A stretch of 57,220 nucleotides of DNA, filler included, from Sphacelaria rigidula (taxonomy: Eukaryota), in assembly GCA_964200075.2 (NCBI GenBank). It is 3 parts of 3 records of this genome, joined end to end, with 100 filler letters (N's around TTAATTAATTAA, not from the genome) between each part and the next. Parts side by side here need not be neighbours in the genome. Positions count along the whole stretch, not along the records: positions 1 to 19,008 come from CAXNAA020000748.1; positions 19,109 to 38,115 come from CAXNAA020000749.1; 1 more part is not named here. One strand, written 5' to 3'. This document shows, piece after piece, positions 12,769-25,900 of this stretch (the stretch's first letter is position 1; each line of letters starts with the position of its first letter). Position numbers and translations under genes: made by a program. The notes under the pieces are model-generated. The model saw nothing but the letters and a program-made list of their open reading frames with translations. It had not been told where the DNA came from and made no database searches.

Positions 12769-13230
12769 CTCCCTCTGAACCCGTACATTAGTCGTCATGG
12801 CTTTCTCTCTCTAAAAACCAGAAACATTATAAGGGGGAGACCCGGCAATCCGATAAAAAAAACCCTCCCCTCAACAGCTTGTGCTCCATCTAGATAATAT
12901 TTGGACGCCGGTCAAGGCAGATGCACGTCATGTCAGGAAACGCCCTACAAAACCCATGCCCCTCAAAGTAGCGTGGGTGGCTTAACTCAAAATGCGCATA
13001 AATGCATCACTTCAACACCTGAAAATACCCGGCGCTAGCACAATGGTACACACAAAAACGTACCTAGTTGTCACCTTCCAAGTTCATAAAAAAACGTGTG
13101 TGCGTCGTAAACAGGCTGATCGAGAGAGGCCTCGTCAAAATATCAGCATGCTGCCATCCTGAGCCTACATGCACAACCCTGATTTTTCCCGTCCCCACCA
13201 CAAATGAAATCATATCTTACGTCTATGTGC

Positions 13231-14565
13231 TTACTCCTTTAGGAACTGAGGATTTTCGGCCAGAGCTTTTGCCCCCTTGTTATCCTCGTACAAAACAATA
13301 CCTTGGTCCTCCCCGCATCCCGACACAGTCTGAGGTTGCAGAAACGTCAACACTGCCTTTACAAACAGTCCCTCCTTTGCCCCCTCAGCCATTGCGACAT
13401 ACTCTGCCTCCGCAGTTGACAGAGTCACACAGTGTTGCGTGCGGCTCGTTGCCGACACTACCACACCACCGTACAATACGGCTGCCCCTGATACCGAACG
13501 CCTATTCGTTTCCTTCTTGGCGTAGTCTGCATCGCAGTGAACAGAAAGCTTATCATGTCCTTTTCTGAACGTAACTCCAAACTCCCTCGTCTCGTTGAGA
13601 TACTTTAGCATTTTCATCACAGCTTCCCAGTGCCTCTCGTACGGATCATGCGATCGGCGAGCGAGCGCTCGTATCGAATTAGCGATGTCGGGTCTGGTGA
13701 CTGTTGCCAGCCACATCAGCCCCCCCACTGCGCTACGGTATGGGCGATTCACCTTTTTGTCTTCGCCCGTTGTCAGCCCCAACTTTACGGAAACAGAGGC
13801 AGGGATTTCCGAGTACCCCCTCACCTCAAAACGCTTCAGGAGCGTGTCCGTGAACGTGGTTTGCGTTACAGATAGCGTGCCTCTATCCCAGTCTCTATCC
13901 ACTCCCCACCCCATGTACCAGGTGGCCTCTCCGAGATTGTTCGTGGGGAACGTTTTGTTCAGGATTCTGCCCACCTTTCCTACGTTTTCCTCAGAACCAC
14001 TGATAAGAATGTTGTCCACATGAACATCTAAGACCACACGCACGTCTCCTGCATCCTCCATCTTGGAAACACATGGGTCAGCCTCATACTGCACCACTCC
14101 GACATCTTCCAGTAAAGTTTGGCACGGAAGACGAGACCACTGCCTGCCCGCTTGCTTGATCCCGTCAATAGGTTTTTCCAGCTTCACGGTCATGTCTGTC
14201 AAAACGGAGAAACCTTCAGGCAACTTCATGTACACGCCGGTATCCATCTCTGCTTGAACGAAAGCCTGTGTCACGTTAAAATGATACAGCAGCCACTCTT
14301 CCTGAACTGCCACTGCCATGACCAGTTTGATGGAGGCCATGGAGGGCGTTGCCGCAAAAGTCTCGAAACAGTCGATTGCAAAACCTTGTCCGAATCCTCG
14401 TGCTACCAACCTCTCCTTTGCCTTCGTTACGGTATCATCTGCGCCAGTTTTCCAACTAAAAACCCTCTTCGCTGAAATCACGTTTACTCCTTCCGGTACA
14501 GGGCCAGTCGAAAATGTTCCAGCCTTTTCATGACCTCCTAGTTCGGCCTGCATCGCGCTCAACAA
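13231..14565 (-). pseudogene. Copia reverse transcriptase/RNase H ORF (catalytic YVDD replaced by HVDN; frameshift near 13231)
   Basis: 444-aa ORF with RVT_2 and Ty1-type RNase H motifs. Confidence 0.92.
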
Positions 14566-17556
14566 TGCCTCTCGAAACTCTGATTTTGCTATGCATCCAT
14601 ACTGGTGGGCGCTGCCTCTATTTCGCTTACATGTAGGCCAAGCGGTGAACGCAAACCGAACTCAGGCTGCCCTACTCTGTTTTCCTCAGCAGCAAAACAA
14701 AAAAGTCGCTCTCGGTTAACTCGTTTTGGGTCGAGACAATTGCGTCTTGTCCGGCCACCTGTCCTGCTGCCGCAGTGATCATCTCCATGGTTGAGCATTT
14801 CTCCTCTGCCATTCCCGCCAGCGCCACCTCCGCTTCCTTTTTGTTTTTCTCCGCTCCGCTAGCCACCAGCGCCTCGCCTCGTGTGTGTGCCGACCCCATG
14901 GCCTCGCGCGTTTGGCTCCTCGGACGCCCCGTCCTCGGTGTTGGTAACCGGTCGGCCCACGCAAGACGGCGTTGCTCGGTCCTCGGGAGTTGAGGGCGTC
15001 GCCGCCCCCCCCGCCGTCTTGCGGGGGACCCGTGGAAGAGGGTGACAGTGCGGGCGACGAGGACGTATCCGATGCCGATGTGAGCGTCGGCCTAGGTGTC
15101 GGCGTCTGCGCTGGTGTCAGCGTCGGCGTAGGTATCGGCGTCTGCGCTGGTGTCGGCGTCGGCGTAGGTATCGGCGTAGGCGTAGGTGTCGGTGTAGGTG
15201 TCGGCGTCTGCGCTGGTGTTGGCGTTGATGATGATGGCGATGATTCTAGCTCCGCCTCACCCCCTCCGTTGACAAAATCTTGAACGGGGATGTCTGGTAT
15301 CACCCCGCCCCCCGCCCCCCCTCGCGGGGACGGTGAAGGCTCTTCGCCCCCTCCACTATTGACGGGGACCTGCGATGCTGCTCCGCCCCTCCCACCGACG
15401 GAACTCGGCGGGGAGGACGGCGCGCTTGAGGAATCGCTGGGCGGAGTGTCCACTGTCGAGCTTTCTGTCCTTTCTTCACTCACTTCCTGTCCTCGATCGA
15501 CGCTGGAATCCTTCAACTCGCCCGGGGTCTGGATCGCTTGCTGTAGTGTGCGGGGGGAGGTAGCGGACGGACGTGCCCATGTTACATGTCTTGTCACAGT
15601 GATAGTTCCTCGTGCAGTCAGAACTCGCATCGCGTGACGTGGGTAGCCTGGGGCTGGGCTCAAGCACCAGCATTTCTCGGCGTTCGGCTGTGATTTATTT
15701 GTCCACTTCCTCCCACAAAACCCAGGCTTCAAGAACGGAATGAGATCACCGTCCGGTGGTGATCCATAACACATCTCATGCGGTGATTCGTGGTGCGGGA
15801 TAGCCGAGGTAGCGGTACAGTTCAGGGCGTGACACGCCCAGTTTGCCTGTTCAGCCCACAGGTTGTCACCATTTGGGATGCGCTTATCTGGGTACAGCTC
15901 AGATGCTTAGATTCTGGCCGCAAGGCCTGCTATTTCTATGATACCCAACGCTCGCTCTGCAACACCGTTGAACTGGGGTGAGTCGGCAGTTGTCTTCTCC
16001 TGCTTGATATTTTCCCTGTCGCACAGTTCACCAAATGCACCCTCCGAGAATTCACCCCCGTCATCGCTACGGACTATTTCAACTTTTCTCGGAGCGACCC
16101 ATGCAATTTATTTCGCGAAATATCCCTCTGCCTCATCCTTTTTTCGGAAGAAAGACAGCTTTGTGTGCCGTGAGTAATCATCTCGGACTATTATTGTGTA
16201 CGACTTTCCCCGTAAGACTTGACTGGTTTCGGCCCCGAAAGATCTACAAACACCCTAGACGCTGACTGGGCTGCTCTCATGTGCGTCGATCTTGGAATCA
16301 GCGCCCGCAGTCCCTTCGCCTCTGAGCAGCCGCGGCAGGGCTGCAGCTCCCCAACCAGCTGCTTTCCCTGCTGCTTCGCCGTCTTTCGAAGTATATCCTC
16401 GTGGACGTGGGCGAGGGCACAGTGAAAGTCGTTCATATCAGCGGTCTGGGGGCTAGGCGAAGCCCCCGGATCAATGACAGCATATGCCGAAGCACACTTG
16501 TCACCACCACTTTGGTCGAGGCGGCGGGCGTACATTTTCAGTTGACGCGGTTGTCCGGGTATTTTCAGTGTATTGCCTTAATTGAGATCTACCCTGAAAC
16601 CTGTACGAAAACCAGTGTAGGTGTGTTCCATGTTTTGAACCCTCGTGAGTGGCAATATGTGATGACGGACATCAGGTACATGGTCAGCATCCATTAATTT
16701 TAGGATCACATCCTGTCCGTCAGATCTGAAGGCAAGAGACAAATATCCTCTGCCTACGATCAGGTAAGTACTACCTCCCGCGCACCGTACAGTAGTACCC
16801 TACCCTTGCGCTCTCTGTACTCCGTTATCCCATGGGAATCGCGGGAGAAATGCTGGGTAGCCCCCGTGTCAAATACTCACGGTTCGCCCTCACCCTGCTG
16901 GCTATCACCCCCCCGCTCAACACTCGATGCATACTCGCCTGTGTCGCCGTTGATGGTGGTGTCGAAAGAGGTAAAAGCCTTCCCATCCCCAACCAAACAA
17001 ACGGAGGAACTGTCGCTATCGTCGGCCGCGCCCATCGCCATCACCACGTCTTTTTTCTTCGCTGTCGATCTCGGACATTCCCAGAACGTGTGCCCCTGCT
17101 AACCGCACCTCCCGCAATATCTCTTCGGGCAGTTTCTGGCTCGGTGCGTCGTGTCCTCGTCGCAAACGTGACAGCGGAGTAGCTCCCCAGTCGCCGGTTT
17201 GTCGTCCGACGATGCCGACCTAGAGCTACTTGAAATCTGGCTCCCGCCGTTTTTCTGACCAGAGCCCTGGGGTTTTCCCGGTTTTCCCTTGCGGTGTGCA
17301 CCGCTCGGTTTTCCGGGCCCATCCCTGGCAAGGAGAGCCTGGTCGCCCGGGGATGACTTCTTTCTCCGGGGAAGTTCCTGCTTTAAAGATGTCGATTCGA
17401 AGCGCTATCGGATCGAAGTCAACACAACCTCCCGTGTCAGCGGCCCCTCTCCATCCTCCAAGAGTTGCTTCTGAATGTGATACTCGAAGGGCAGTGCGTT
17501 GAGGTATTTCAGGAGGATGTCGTTTTCCCTTAGTCGTTCATGCTACCCGTATGAGT

Positions 17557-18168
17557 TCAGATTACGTACATTTCCTCCATCTCGAGAAGCTTCTGCTCTG
17601 GGTCATCACGAACACCAATCTTGGCTCCATCGAACTTTTCCAACAAAGCGGTTCTCGTCCCATTTGTTTTGGGGCGAAAGACATTCTCGAGTTTTCTCGA
17701 AACCGCACCAGGTGAGTGGAGTCTGAGAAGAATATCTTGCTCCCTCTTTCGTTCTAAACTGGCAACAAGCATCCGTCTCGCCCTCACGTTGGCTGCCACT
17801 GTGTCCTTCCCGTGTCTACTTTCCAGATACCCCAGTCCTAGTGCAGGGTCACCGACATCTACGTCGTGCAAACTATCGCCGGCCATGGTAAACAACCAGT
17901 CAATTCCTTCGCCCCCCGCGAAGTTGACCAGTTCATGTCTGTACCGAGCATAATCAGCGCTCTTCCCTGAAGATTTTGGGACGTTCTGTCGAAAAACGGG
18001 AACCCATGATATATTTTCACTTGTATCGTTTACTAGGATTGACTCACGTGCGGGGACAGCCCCTAGCTCCGTCACTTGTGGCCTCGTTGTCAATTGCGTC
18101 GCGCGCTCCTTCCTCTGGAACAGCTCGACTCCCGATGTACCGTCGGTCTCTTCAAACTCCGGCACCAC
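17557..18168 (-). pseudogene. Copia Gag fragment
   Basis: 203-aa ORF just inside the 5' LTR with a Gag-like helical segment (SPGAVSRKLENVFRPKTNGTRTALLEKF); interrupted by frameshifts. Confidence 0.75.
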
Positions 18169-18454
18169 GTCGCTCCACTAATCTATTCGTGTTGAATTTC
18201 CTCTGTTGACTATGGGAACCATTACTTTCGAGGACGCCATTGGTTTCTGCACTCCCGGCCTCTCTTTCTGCCCTCTTATCGTCCATGTTACTCTGTATGC
18301 AGCTTGGTTTAACTGCAAATCACGCATTAGCTGAGCCATGGAACTCATCTGACTATTTACCTCCCGCAACTGCTCAATGACACCCTACTCACCGATTACT
18401 GTAGCAGGCCTACTACCCTGTTCTGCCATTCTGCCCAACCGGTTGTAACACTAG

Positions 18455-18694
18455 TGTATTCCGTGGCCCGTGGCGAAGGATAGATAGTTTTATCTTTTCT
18501 ACTGTTGGAGAGTGCCTTGACGGAGTCGACCCTACGATAGAGCGATCAGATGTGGAGTGGGCTCAGGTGGCAGCGTAGCAGCCGGCCTGAGCGTGGTACT
18601 GTAGTCACACACACTTGACTACCAGTACCCGTGCGTCAGCATAAATTTATCTGCACATGTACATGTTCACTCAGTGTACCCGTTCACATGAACA
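18455..18694 (-). repeat. 5' LTR of the Copia element
   Basis: Begins TGTTCATG on the minus strand and ends ..GAATACA (possibly extending to ..TGTTACA at 18444); followed by CCGGTTGGGCAG, a possible degenerate PBS. Confidence 0.92.
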
Positions 18695-19008
18695 GAGCGT
18701 ACCACACGCCAGTTGAGGGGGGTGTATGAGAGATCAAACACTTGTAGAGACCTTTTTGACATGCGGAGTGAAAAAATATACCCATGGTGGTGCTACCTAA
18801 CTGTTGCTAGTGTGGCGCATAGGAGTTCGTCCATGGTGCAATCTGAAGCACTCGCTGGTCGCGTGAGCACCTAGCTCGGTGCAGTACGAGTAGCTTTCCA
18901 GAACTATTCCGATGTGAGGAGATCATGCATGACCAGCCTGGATTCGTTTTTGAGGTTCAACATTTGGGTGAGGTTCAACGGACCATCGAAATTTCATTTG
19001 TTTTGCTC

Positions 19009-19108
19009 NNNNNNNNNNNNNNNNNNNNNNNNNNNNNNNNNNNNNNNNNNNNTTAATTAATTAANNNNNNNNNNNNNNNNNNNNNNNNNNNNNNNNNNNN
19101 NNNNNNNN
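19009..19108. other. Artificial scaffold linker N44-TTAATTAATTAA-N44
   Basis: Exactly 100 nt with a six-frame stop cassette. Confidence 0.97.
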
Positions 19109-19580
19109 AAAATTGCCCCAAACCCCCTCCCCCCCCAGCAAACGAGAGCAAAAGCAAAAAACTTGTGTCGGGGGGCTGCAAGTCACGCCCCCCCCCCCCC
19201 CCCCCGCAACACTCCGTGACAGTAGTGTGTACAACAGCGAGTGCGCCTCGCATGCCCATTGGGCAGAGAGTGGCCTGCAAGGGCTGCGATTATAGTATTT
19301 CACCTCTCTAGGACCTTCAAACACCTTGCCTTGTCTCGGAAGGTTCGGTGTAATAAAATGTACGACGTCACCTTCCACACCCGAAGATTAAACAAAGCAA
19401 AGGAAGCACCAAAATAGAGGAAGAAACCCCGACTTGTAGTGCAGGAGCTCCCTGCTCCGAAAGTAAATACAGGCATACCGCGAGTCAAGCAGACACACTG
19501 TTGGGTTCTGTTCCCTACCAACAGCATTCGCGAAACCAAAGGAAACAAAGCGCTATCGCACTTGGACTCGGAAGCACATC

Positions 19581-19789
19581 ACAACACTGACAACACTGAC
19601 AACACTGACAACACTAACAACACTGACAACACTAACAACACTGACAACACTGACAACACTAACAACACTCACAACACTCACAACACTAACAACACTAACA
19701 ACACTCACAACACTGACAACACTGACAACACTAACAACACTAACAACACTCACAACACTAACAACACTAACAACACTCACAACACTAAC
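19581..19789. repeat. 9-bp minisatellite (ACAACACT[G/A/C]) x ~23
   Basis: Directly visible; it produces the spurious NTD/SVV ORFs. Confidence 0.97.
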
Positions 19790-19913
19790 GCGACTAAGAG
19801 AATCGTGTGTCCTATCGTAGCATTCGTTGCCGACAAGCTAATGATCAGCACGCAAAAAAAATACAAGCAGTGCTACACCTGGTGGACGCCTCGAGTCCTC
19901 CGCTGTCCCATAC

Positions 19914-22900
19914 ATAATCCGTGGCAAAGTTGGATTGTTGCACTTCTTCATCTTCACTGTTGTCCTGGTCGTCTTTCACCAAGCAGCCTATTAGGTCCTC
20001 GTAGGTACGAGGGTATGTGCTGGCCGCCTGAGAAGAGAGAGGGGTTCAGACACGACGAGGTCATCTCTGTTTAATGACAACTGCTGCTGCGACGGGCACA
20101 CACGAGCTACTGTAGCTGACGACATCACTTTTGTCGGATGGATGGCCGTTTCAATACTTGCATCGATACCTGACCGATTCCACCATCGGGACTGAAATGA
20201 ACGCGCAGGGCGCCAGCGCTCCCTCAACAATCCACAAGGACTTTCGCCGCGTGACGTACAAGATACTTTACCCGTAGGATGTACAACGGCAACCAACGGC
20301 AACACCAAGCGCGTGTCGGCGTCCAGTATTGTCACGGCAGCATTGGATCACCTGCTTTGAATTTCTCCCGTCCCGCTTGGCCACAGGACCCAGCGATGAA
20401 GATCCTAGTCGGCTGCCGTCGCCCATTCGCACCCGCAGAGCCATCTGGGTCGACGAAAACACCACCAACGTGCCATTCGGGCTGAACGTCGCCCCAAAGC
20501 GACGAGGGCAAGGGACTTTGCCCTCTTTTCGCGAAGGGGTGCCGGTACCCACCACATTACCGACCACATCACCCGCTTCCCTCATTCCCCACGAAGTGTT
20601 GGGCTGGTCTGAGTGGGCATCGCCTTCTAAGCCAAACTGTGCGACCGTAACGAGTAGAAACGAAAAGCAGGAGGAGCAGGAGGCACGGTCACACCTTGCA
20701 GCATCTTGCCGTCATTTACAACGAGAACCTTCGCCTCTGCAGCAGCAGTAAATGTCACAACAGTAGACAGAGGATCGTTAAGGTATCACTTTCATGCGAT
20801 ATATGGTACAGCTGTGGTTTGGCTCATATTGCGATAAGGGTACGACAAACAAGTTCACCTGGGATACGTGCCGGTGACCGTAAGTTCCTCTGTGCACCAG
20901 GAGAGCCACTGCGCAGTGACAACGATAAACAAGATACTATCCAAAATGGACAACGTGATGCTCACTCACCTGCAGGTGGGACAGCGACTCTTCTCCCGAT
21001 CGACCTTGGACGACGCCTGCTGTTCTATTGGCCACCTCCCTGGGCATGACCAAAAATAGAGACGGAGTGACCCGCGGAATAGATCGCACAAACATAGACA
21101 GACAGATGGGCAAACAGAAACGGAAACCACAATTCGTGTGTCTAGAGATTCTATCTCGACGGCAACGTTCGATGTCCTCGGAAACCACAATCCTATGATC
21201 AAGAACTGGCGCATCGTGACAAAAAGACCTGCCCCAAAAAGCACGATAAGCAAATACTTCGCTTCAAATCAACCAAGTGCAAGACACAAACTCTGTGTTC
21301 AGCAAAAGGCGTCATACTTCACTCGATATGCGGGAACCACAGAACTACGCAATACTGGAACCTGCACGACTCATAGCGCGATCCTAACAAGTCACAGCGT
21401 GATCAGGAAGAATTGATGGCGTTGTCCGCGCCATCATCAAACCAGCACCTGACTCGCGCAGCAAGATCCTCTCTCAGCTGAAGCAAGCCGGCCTTCAGGC
21501 GATGGCACTGAAATCTACGTGCTTGCTGCATTGCTTCTTCCGCACCCTCCCGCAGTCGGCGCAGTGTAGCCGAAGTGAGCGGATCCTCATGCTGTTGAGA
21601 AGGAGATCGTTCAAGCATGAAAGCTGACTTTCAAGTAATAAAGCGTATTATTTGATTGACATGATCGGGAAAAACAAGCCATCAAAGAACGGTCTTGTTG
21701 AGGAGCATGACTTGCCAACTGGAACGCAGCAGGAACATGCTGTCGCAGCCCGCAGGAAACGCCAAGTGACTCCAAGTCCTCGGTCGGTGTCAAGTAGGCT
21801 CACACTCACATGTGTCGTTGCAGGGTACCGGCTTGTGCCATGCGAAGTCAGCTGAATCTGGGCCAGTTCGCCCCGAGAGTGATACCTGATTCCACCGCAT
21901 GGCGAGGAGAGCAATTCGTGAACGGTTCTGCCCGAGTAAAGTAGTGCGGCATTTCCTACGCCCATTGCTGCCCAACGTCTTTGTACTACCGCAGACGTGC
22001 CCAACGATGTCGGGTAGGAGTTGCGTACTTCATGCTGAACAGCATCAGTAAACGACATTATCTAGCTTGAGTCGCTCACCCCGGCGGAACGAATAGCACA
22101 ACCCGAAGACGAGCGGACACCGTCACGGATGTTTGTCCCGTTCCGTTTCGACCATCGGCGGGATTGTCGGTCAGGTCGGTATCCATGAGTAAAGATTGGG
22201 ACAGAGTCCTGCGTACGGGTGGTGTCGCGTCTGCGCTGGCGTGCAGGGTTAAGCTGAACGAATTTCTGGCCACATCCATGCGCGTGTCCGTGACGTGGCC
22301 GAACTCGCCACCTTTCGCGAAGTAATCAACCTGATCGAAAGGGATCAGCCAGCCAGGTGATCGTGTTCAGCGTCGCCGTGACAACACCGCTGCCAAGACG
22401 TTTCCTATGCTCGGAGACGCCTGTGAAGTTTCGTTTGGGCTCCGGACGCTAGCTTCACAGCAAAGTTTGACAGAAGCCTCATCAACGAGGTTTGGCAGGG
22501 TTCTCAAGTGCAGGATGCAACATACGGCATCCATTTACGCATGGACGCATGCCTACAGCAATACCGCACATTCTACGACTAGACTATGGCTTCAGCGTCG
22601 TTCTGTGCAGCTTGCAGGTGGTTGGTTCTACTTCACGTGCAATAGTCACGTTTTCACCTCTGCCAGCTCCTTGGATGTAATCTGCCCAGTCATCCGGTCC
22701 GTTGAAACTCCCTGAAGCATAGAAAGCTTCCAGACGACTGGGACAAGGTCTTTTTTCATGTCCGACACGGAAACTTTTGACGAAGGTGCCTCGACCATTT
22801 CCGACCCTGTGCACGGCCAAGCAACGGCCCCACAGAGCAATTGCATTGGAAAAGACAAGTGAATCTTTCAGCAGACTTCTCCATACCGCTTACTCGCCAC

Positions 22901-25900
22901 GCAGTCTGAATGGGGGTTCTCGCGCCTGCTGCTCCAAGTGCTTTTGTTTTCATAGTACTCGACTACTCGACTGTAGGGACACCAACACTTGACCGTGAAC
23001 TGTTATTCTACACAAAGCGGGTGCGTCAAGGTTTGTATGTTGTATGATCCATCTGACACGAATGACAGGTCGGCAAACGTGTATGATCAATTCGTGCTAG
23101 ACGAATGACAACGTTAACGTTTAGTACGTTTGATTCGTGGCGCAATAATTACACGTGGGAATGGATAATCGCCGTTCTTGTATGTTATTGTATATTCTTG
23201 TATGTTGTGTGAGCTGTGCGATGGATCGATGCAAACGACCGGTACCTTTACACGTAAGCTAAGCTAACCGACGGCTGCTGCTTATTTAGTCGTCCTACCA
23301 CGCTACAGTTTTTTTTCTAATTGGCCACTTCCCGGGCATCGACAAAATTCGTGCCACGAAGGCTGAAAGGTCAACAGGTGCGTTTCAGTCATGCTGTACG
23401 AGTTACAGGATATCGCGAACTCCGTCTGATTCCTGCCGTGCGAATGAATCGAACTTTCAAATTCGTGCCACCCGAAGAGCAGGTGGGAATTAAAAACGTG
23501 TGAATCATGCCGTGCGAATGACGAGTGCAAGACATCGACATCATCATGTGAATGGAATCACTGATTCGTGCATATGATCAGTCGCGATGTGATTCGTCCG
23601 ATGTGTGAACAATGGCTACGGTTTCGAGCACTGACGACGTGCGAGGCAAAGCACAAGAGGTGACCGTGACTCTCAAACGCCGTAAGATTCGACTCCTGTT
23701 GCCAATATGCCAGTTTTTTTTGCAAGCAGTATGTGAGAGATGCAGGCACCGACATCATCGTGGCGTGTGGTGAATGTACTCTCACCGACAGTTGAGCCAT
23801 AGTCTCTGTACGTGGGAGACCCCCCGACCGGTAAATCCCCGCAAGAACGTCTGTGACTGGCATCCACGTTGTGAAGTCGCAAGTGATCATCCGCATCCAA
23901 GCTGTTGCCACCGAGCCATGACGGAGGCGGAGGTAGAGGCCCCGATACATGCGAAAAAGCATAAGAACAGCACGATCATCTGTGGTGAGACTTTATCTTA
24001 CGTCGAGCTGACACAGTTGAATAGCCCTGGCCGTTGCTGGCCATGATATGAAGAGGTCAGCAAAGCACGTGACGGATACGAGAATTGTCAAAGCGCCGCA
24101 GCCCACAGTCCAGCGCCGCAGCCCACAGCTCACCTGACGACCTGGTGCAAGCCATCACTGGTTTTCCTCCAGCACGACCCGAGTACGCGTACTCTTCCTA
24201 TTTCGAAAGTCGTCACCAGACCAAAAAATCTCCCGGGAACCAGCGACCAGAGTTGAAGGGTTTGTGACGCTTGGCCTCTCTCCCACATTCCTCGGCAAGA
24301 CGTCATAGCCCCCTGGACACGAACGACCAAGCCACAAGCCACGTCAATGGGGGAGGGGGCGGGGGGTGTACTCATGATCCTGCATGCCGTCTTCATATGA
24401 CCATTGACCTCGCATCCCTACGAAGCCGGGATGGATCACGCCGGGATTTCGCCGGGCCAGGCTCACGAGGGGGGGGCAGCGGGTATTTCAAAATGAGGCC
24501 AGCCTCTTCAAAGCTCCGGCTCGCCAACCAAAACCGAGCCTTCAAAGACGCGAACACTGGCCAGGCAATGAATGATGGCACAGTAGGCAGAGCAGGTAAT
24601 CCGAACAGGTCATCAACAGCATCAACAACTTTCACGGTGGTAGATCGCCAGGAAGGACAGGAAGGGCAGGAAGGCCATGAGGGATGTACTACACCAAACT
24701 TCTAGCACGACATGTATGGCATTGCATTTCTTCTTTGCTGGAACTGAAGGTCTACACAAAGCCGGGGAGTCGTTACCTCCCAACATCACTTCCAACACGG
24801 GACCTCTTGCCACAGAAAACGTGTAGAATTTCACACATCACAACACGCGCAGTGCTTAACAGCACAGCAAGCTGGAGCGCACCGCACCTTTCCGAACGGC
24901 GTGAAGACGACCTTCTGCAGGGGCTGTTCTCGCAGGCTGGTTGCCTTCAACACAGCGGTCCCTCTTGGCTCTGCATTCGCCATCCGGACAGACCAGAGCT
25001 TCACGCACGCGTCACCGCCACCAGTAAGAAGCGAGTACTCGCTGCGGCATATGAGCAGTTTGCGCAACAGCGAGAGAAAAAGCGTGGGTCGGCATTTCAA
25101 ACATCCATGAGTATCTCCCGGTATTCGCTTGATAGTTACTGTGATACTACACCATACTACACAATACTGCAGCGACTGATTTCAGGATTTAAGATACAAT
25201 ATGCGCGCGCAGCATTCGGCATCATTGATGGCAGCAAACGTCACCAACACTGTAACCTCACTTTTCGTAGCTCCAGTCAAGCGTTGTCACGAGCGGGTTA
25301 TGGGCAGGGAATCGCAGAACCGGCAGGAGCGCCTGAGCCAGCCAGCGAATACAGCGAATACAGCAGGAGGAAGCGCGATGCAGATGGGTGTGCGCGATGT
25401 AGATCCCAGCGACCTCATTTTCACGATTTCGTAAATGACTCTCGCGTAAACGGCTTAGACTGAGGACGTACGTGTAGCGCTGACATCGAGGCAGTGTGGA
25501 CAAAACATACCTTTCGCGTATCCCATATGCAGACTTGGGTGCCGACAGCTGATGCCAGCAGGTGCGACTTCTTGCGGTTAAATTTCATCTGTGTCAACCT
25601 TGCCCCTTTCGCCAACGTGTTCAATTCTTTCAGAGGTTTGTTGAATTCTTCCACGACATTCTTCTTCAGCTTTTGTGCTGGGTCCTGCGAAAATATATCA
25701 GTGCAAGAACGCATCCAGAACAGCAAACAGCAAACTTGTCCCTTCAGAGAGAGCGCATCGCAATTGTAGTGACTGCGTTCTGAGTGAATGGAGGCTCTCC
25801 CTGTTGCTGAATATCTAGCTCTTACGATAAAAGAGCGCGGACGGTGTGCATCTAGTTTTACGTGCAAGACAGACAACTCGTGATTCAACGATCTCACCGG

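Larger units (their letters stand above)
12529..18694 (-). mobile_element. Ty1/Copia LTR retrotransposon, near full length, decayed
   Basis: Direct repeats at ~12529-12768 and ~18455-18694. Internal order gag, zinc knuckles, protease (FDTGATQH ~16850-16875), GAG-pre-integrase (HCALAHV), integrase (VFVDLSGP..VRSDDGGEF..PQFNGVAER), RT (AKERLVARGF..GIKQAGRQW..HVDNIL), RNase H (CDADYA..STAEAEYVA..EDNKGA). Purine tract AGAGGGAG precedes the 3' LTR. Several stops and frameshifts. Confidence 0.96.

Noticed and set aside
14972..15637. Plus-strand GVGVGV (elastin-like) ORFs
   Set aside because: Antisense reading of the Copia Pro-Thr linker.
19053..19064. TTAATTAATTAA palindrome (also 38160-38171) as a biological site
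   Set aside because: Centred in exactly 100-nt N blocks: an artificial six-frame-stop scaffold linker.
19439..20074. 211-aa ORF with NTD/NTN repeats (and SVV on the other strand)
   Set aside because: By-product of the stop-free 9-bp minisatellite; it overlaps a WDR59 exon antisense.
24684..25463. 259-aa plus-strand ORF
   Set aside because: Antisense to two well-supported WDR59 exons; no motifs.
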